From: an uncultured Solirubrobacteraceae bacterium
GTDB taxonomy: Bacteria > Actinomycetota > Thermoleophilia > Solirubrobacterales > Solirubrobacteraceae
Assembly: GCA_963791405.1 (NCBI GenBank)
Contig: CAWBSJ010000003.1
Span: 89,193-153,192, forward strand
DNA length: 64,000 nt
Direction of reading: 5' to 3'
A program made the position numbers and the translations under genes. The notes beneath the pieces were generated by a model. That model did not search any database and was not told the DNA's origin. It saw nothing but the letters and a program-made list of their open reading frames with translations. Positions 63,282 to 64,000 of this stretch are shown piece after piece (within the stretch, counting starts at the first letter, position 1; every line of letters starts with the position of its first letter).

Positions 63282-64000
63282 GCACCCGCGCTCCGCGCGA
63301 GCCGGCGGACGCCGTGCGCGCGCCGGCGCCGGCCGTCGCGCCCGCCCGGCACGACGTCCTCGCCCTGCAGCGGCGGATCGGCAACCGCGCGGTCGGCCGG
63401 ATGCTCGCGCGGCGCGAGGCCGAGGCCACCGGCCCGCCGGCGGTCGACTGGAGCACCCAGGCGAAGGCCGAGGCGACCGCCACGGAGACCCACCGGCGGA
63501 TCCGCACGGACCTGGTCGCCCACATGAAGGCGAGCGCGAGCCTGATCGTGCGCAACACCGTCGAGCTCTTCACCGGCAACCCGCCGCTGCTGACGCTCGA
63601 GCCGACCACCAAGCGCTCCGACTCCGACGCCAAGGTCGCCGAGGGCGGCGCCGGCGTCGACGCGCTCAACGACGACGCGTACTTCCGCGGCGTGAAGATG
63701 GACAACGTCCACTTCCAGTCGAAGGAGATGATCGGGACGCTCGACGGGACCACGATGTACCTGCGCGGCCACGATTCCGGCAAGACGCTGCGCACGCTCG
63801 ACCAGCTCGCCGCCACCGTGGTCCACGAGGTGAGCCACTTCCTGGTCTCGCAGTACGGCGAGCTGCCCGGGACCGACACCAGCGCGAGCAGCTACGACCG
63901 CTACGCCGACGAGTTCCGGGCCTACTGGGTGTCCGACGGCGGCGTCGGCCACGGCCTCACGGGCGCCGCCCGTGCCACCGCGATCCGCGAGCACCTGGTG
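63278..64000 (+). CDS. DUF4157-like protein with N-terminal LQRRIGNRAVGRML motif and HExxH; 3' end outside window
   Basis: My own translation from GTG 63278 (the open frame runs off the window and is not in the ORF track): VSTRAPREPADAVRAPAPAVAPARHDVLALQRRIGNRAVGRMLARRE...GVKMDNVHFQSKEMIGTLDGTTMYLRGHDSG...LAATVVHEVSHFLVSQYG...YADEFRAYWV. High GC3 throughout. Confidence 0.6.
   Translation, partial: MSTRAPREPADAVRAPAPAVAPARHDVLALQRRIGNRAVGRMLARREAEATGPPAVDWSTQAKAEATATETHRRIRTDLVAHMKASASLIVRNTVELFTGNPPLLTLEPTTKRSDSDAKVAEGGAGVDALNDDAYFRGVKMDNVHFQSKEMIGTLDGTTMYLRGHDSGKTLRTLDQLAATVVHEVSHFLVSQYGELPGTDTSASSYDRYADEFRAYWVSDGGVGHGLTGAARATAIREHLV

Noticed and set aside
1-64000. CRISPR arrays, rRNA genes, IS elements and long dispersed repeats.
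   Set aside because: Reading through all intergenic regions, I found no regularly spaced direct repeats, no rRNA-like conserved segments and no transposase-like ORFs. The only repeats are the short GC palindromes and operator-like motifs listed above.

Overview
This is a 64-kb stretch of a very GC-rich bacterial chromosome. By eye it is well above 70% GC, and third codon positions are almost all G/C. The gene content fits Actinomycetota: PspA/PspAA, XseAB, a rhomboid protease, several ECF sigma factors, a LAL-type LuxR regulator, TetR/GntR/LysR/DeoR regulators and an ispF-cysS-rlmB block. It may be a deep-branching lineage (Thermoleophilia/Solirubrobacterales-like), but that is inference only.

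I call about 72 protein-coding genes, one tRNA-Thr(UGU), one ydaO-type c-di-AMP riboswitch, and several hairpins and operator-like palindromes. I see no rRNA, CRISPR array, transposase, integrase or prophage genes. The window is mostly core metabolism and regulation, not an obvious accessory island.

The dominant technical feature is that about 29 conserved genes are split by +/-1 frameshifts, including essential cysS, trpS and ppa. I read these as assembly indels. Gene spans are reconstructed across the shifts, so ends can be off by a few codons.

Best leads:
1. A 26-codon leader ORF with tandem Trp codons abuts a GC hairpin upstream of trpS, a candidate Trp-sensing attenuator.
2. Two unrelated proteins 23 kb apart share the N-terminal 'RIGNRA[VY]GR[LM]L' motif typical of DUF4157/eCIS-associated proteins. 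One of them sits in a translationally coupled two-gene cassette at the right edge of the window.
3. A Bacillus-type SigH (Spo0H-like) sigma factor lies directly after cysS-rlmB.
4. A 354-bp low-GC gap between convergent genes carries three hairpins with C-rich loops and four CCUCC motifs, a 6C-like sRNA candidate.
5. A PlsC acyltransferase is fused to a GpsA-like domain whose catalytic motifs look degenerate.
6. A small secreted Cys-loop peptide gene sits next to a LysR regulator and an MFS exporter.

None of these amounts to a clearly delimited new multi-gene system that I can prove from sequence alone.
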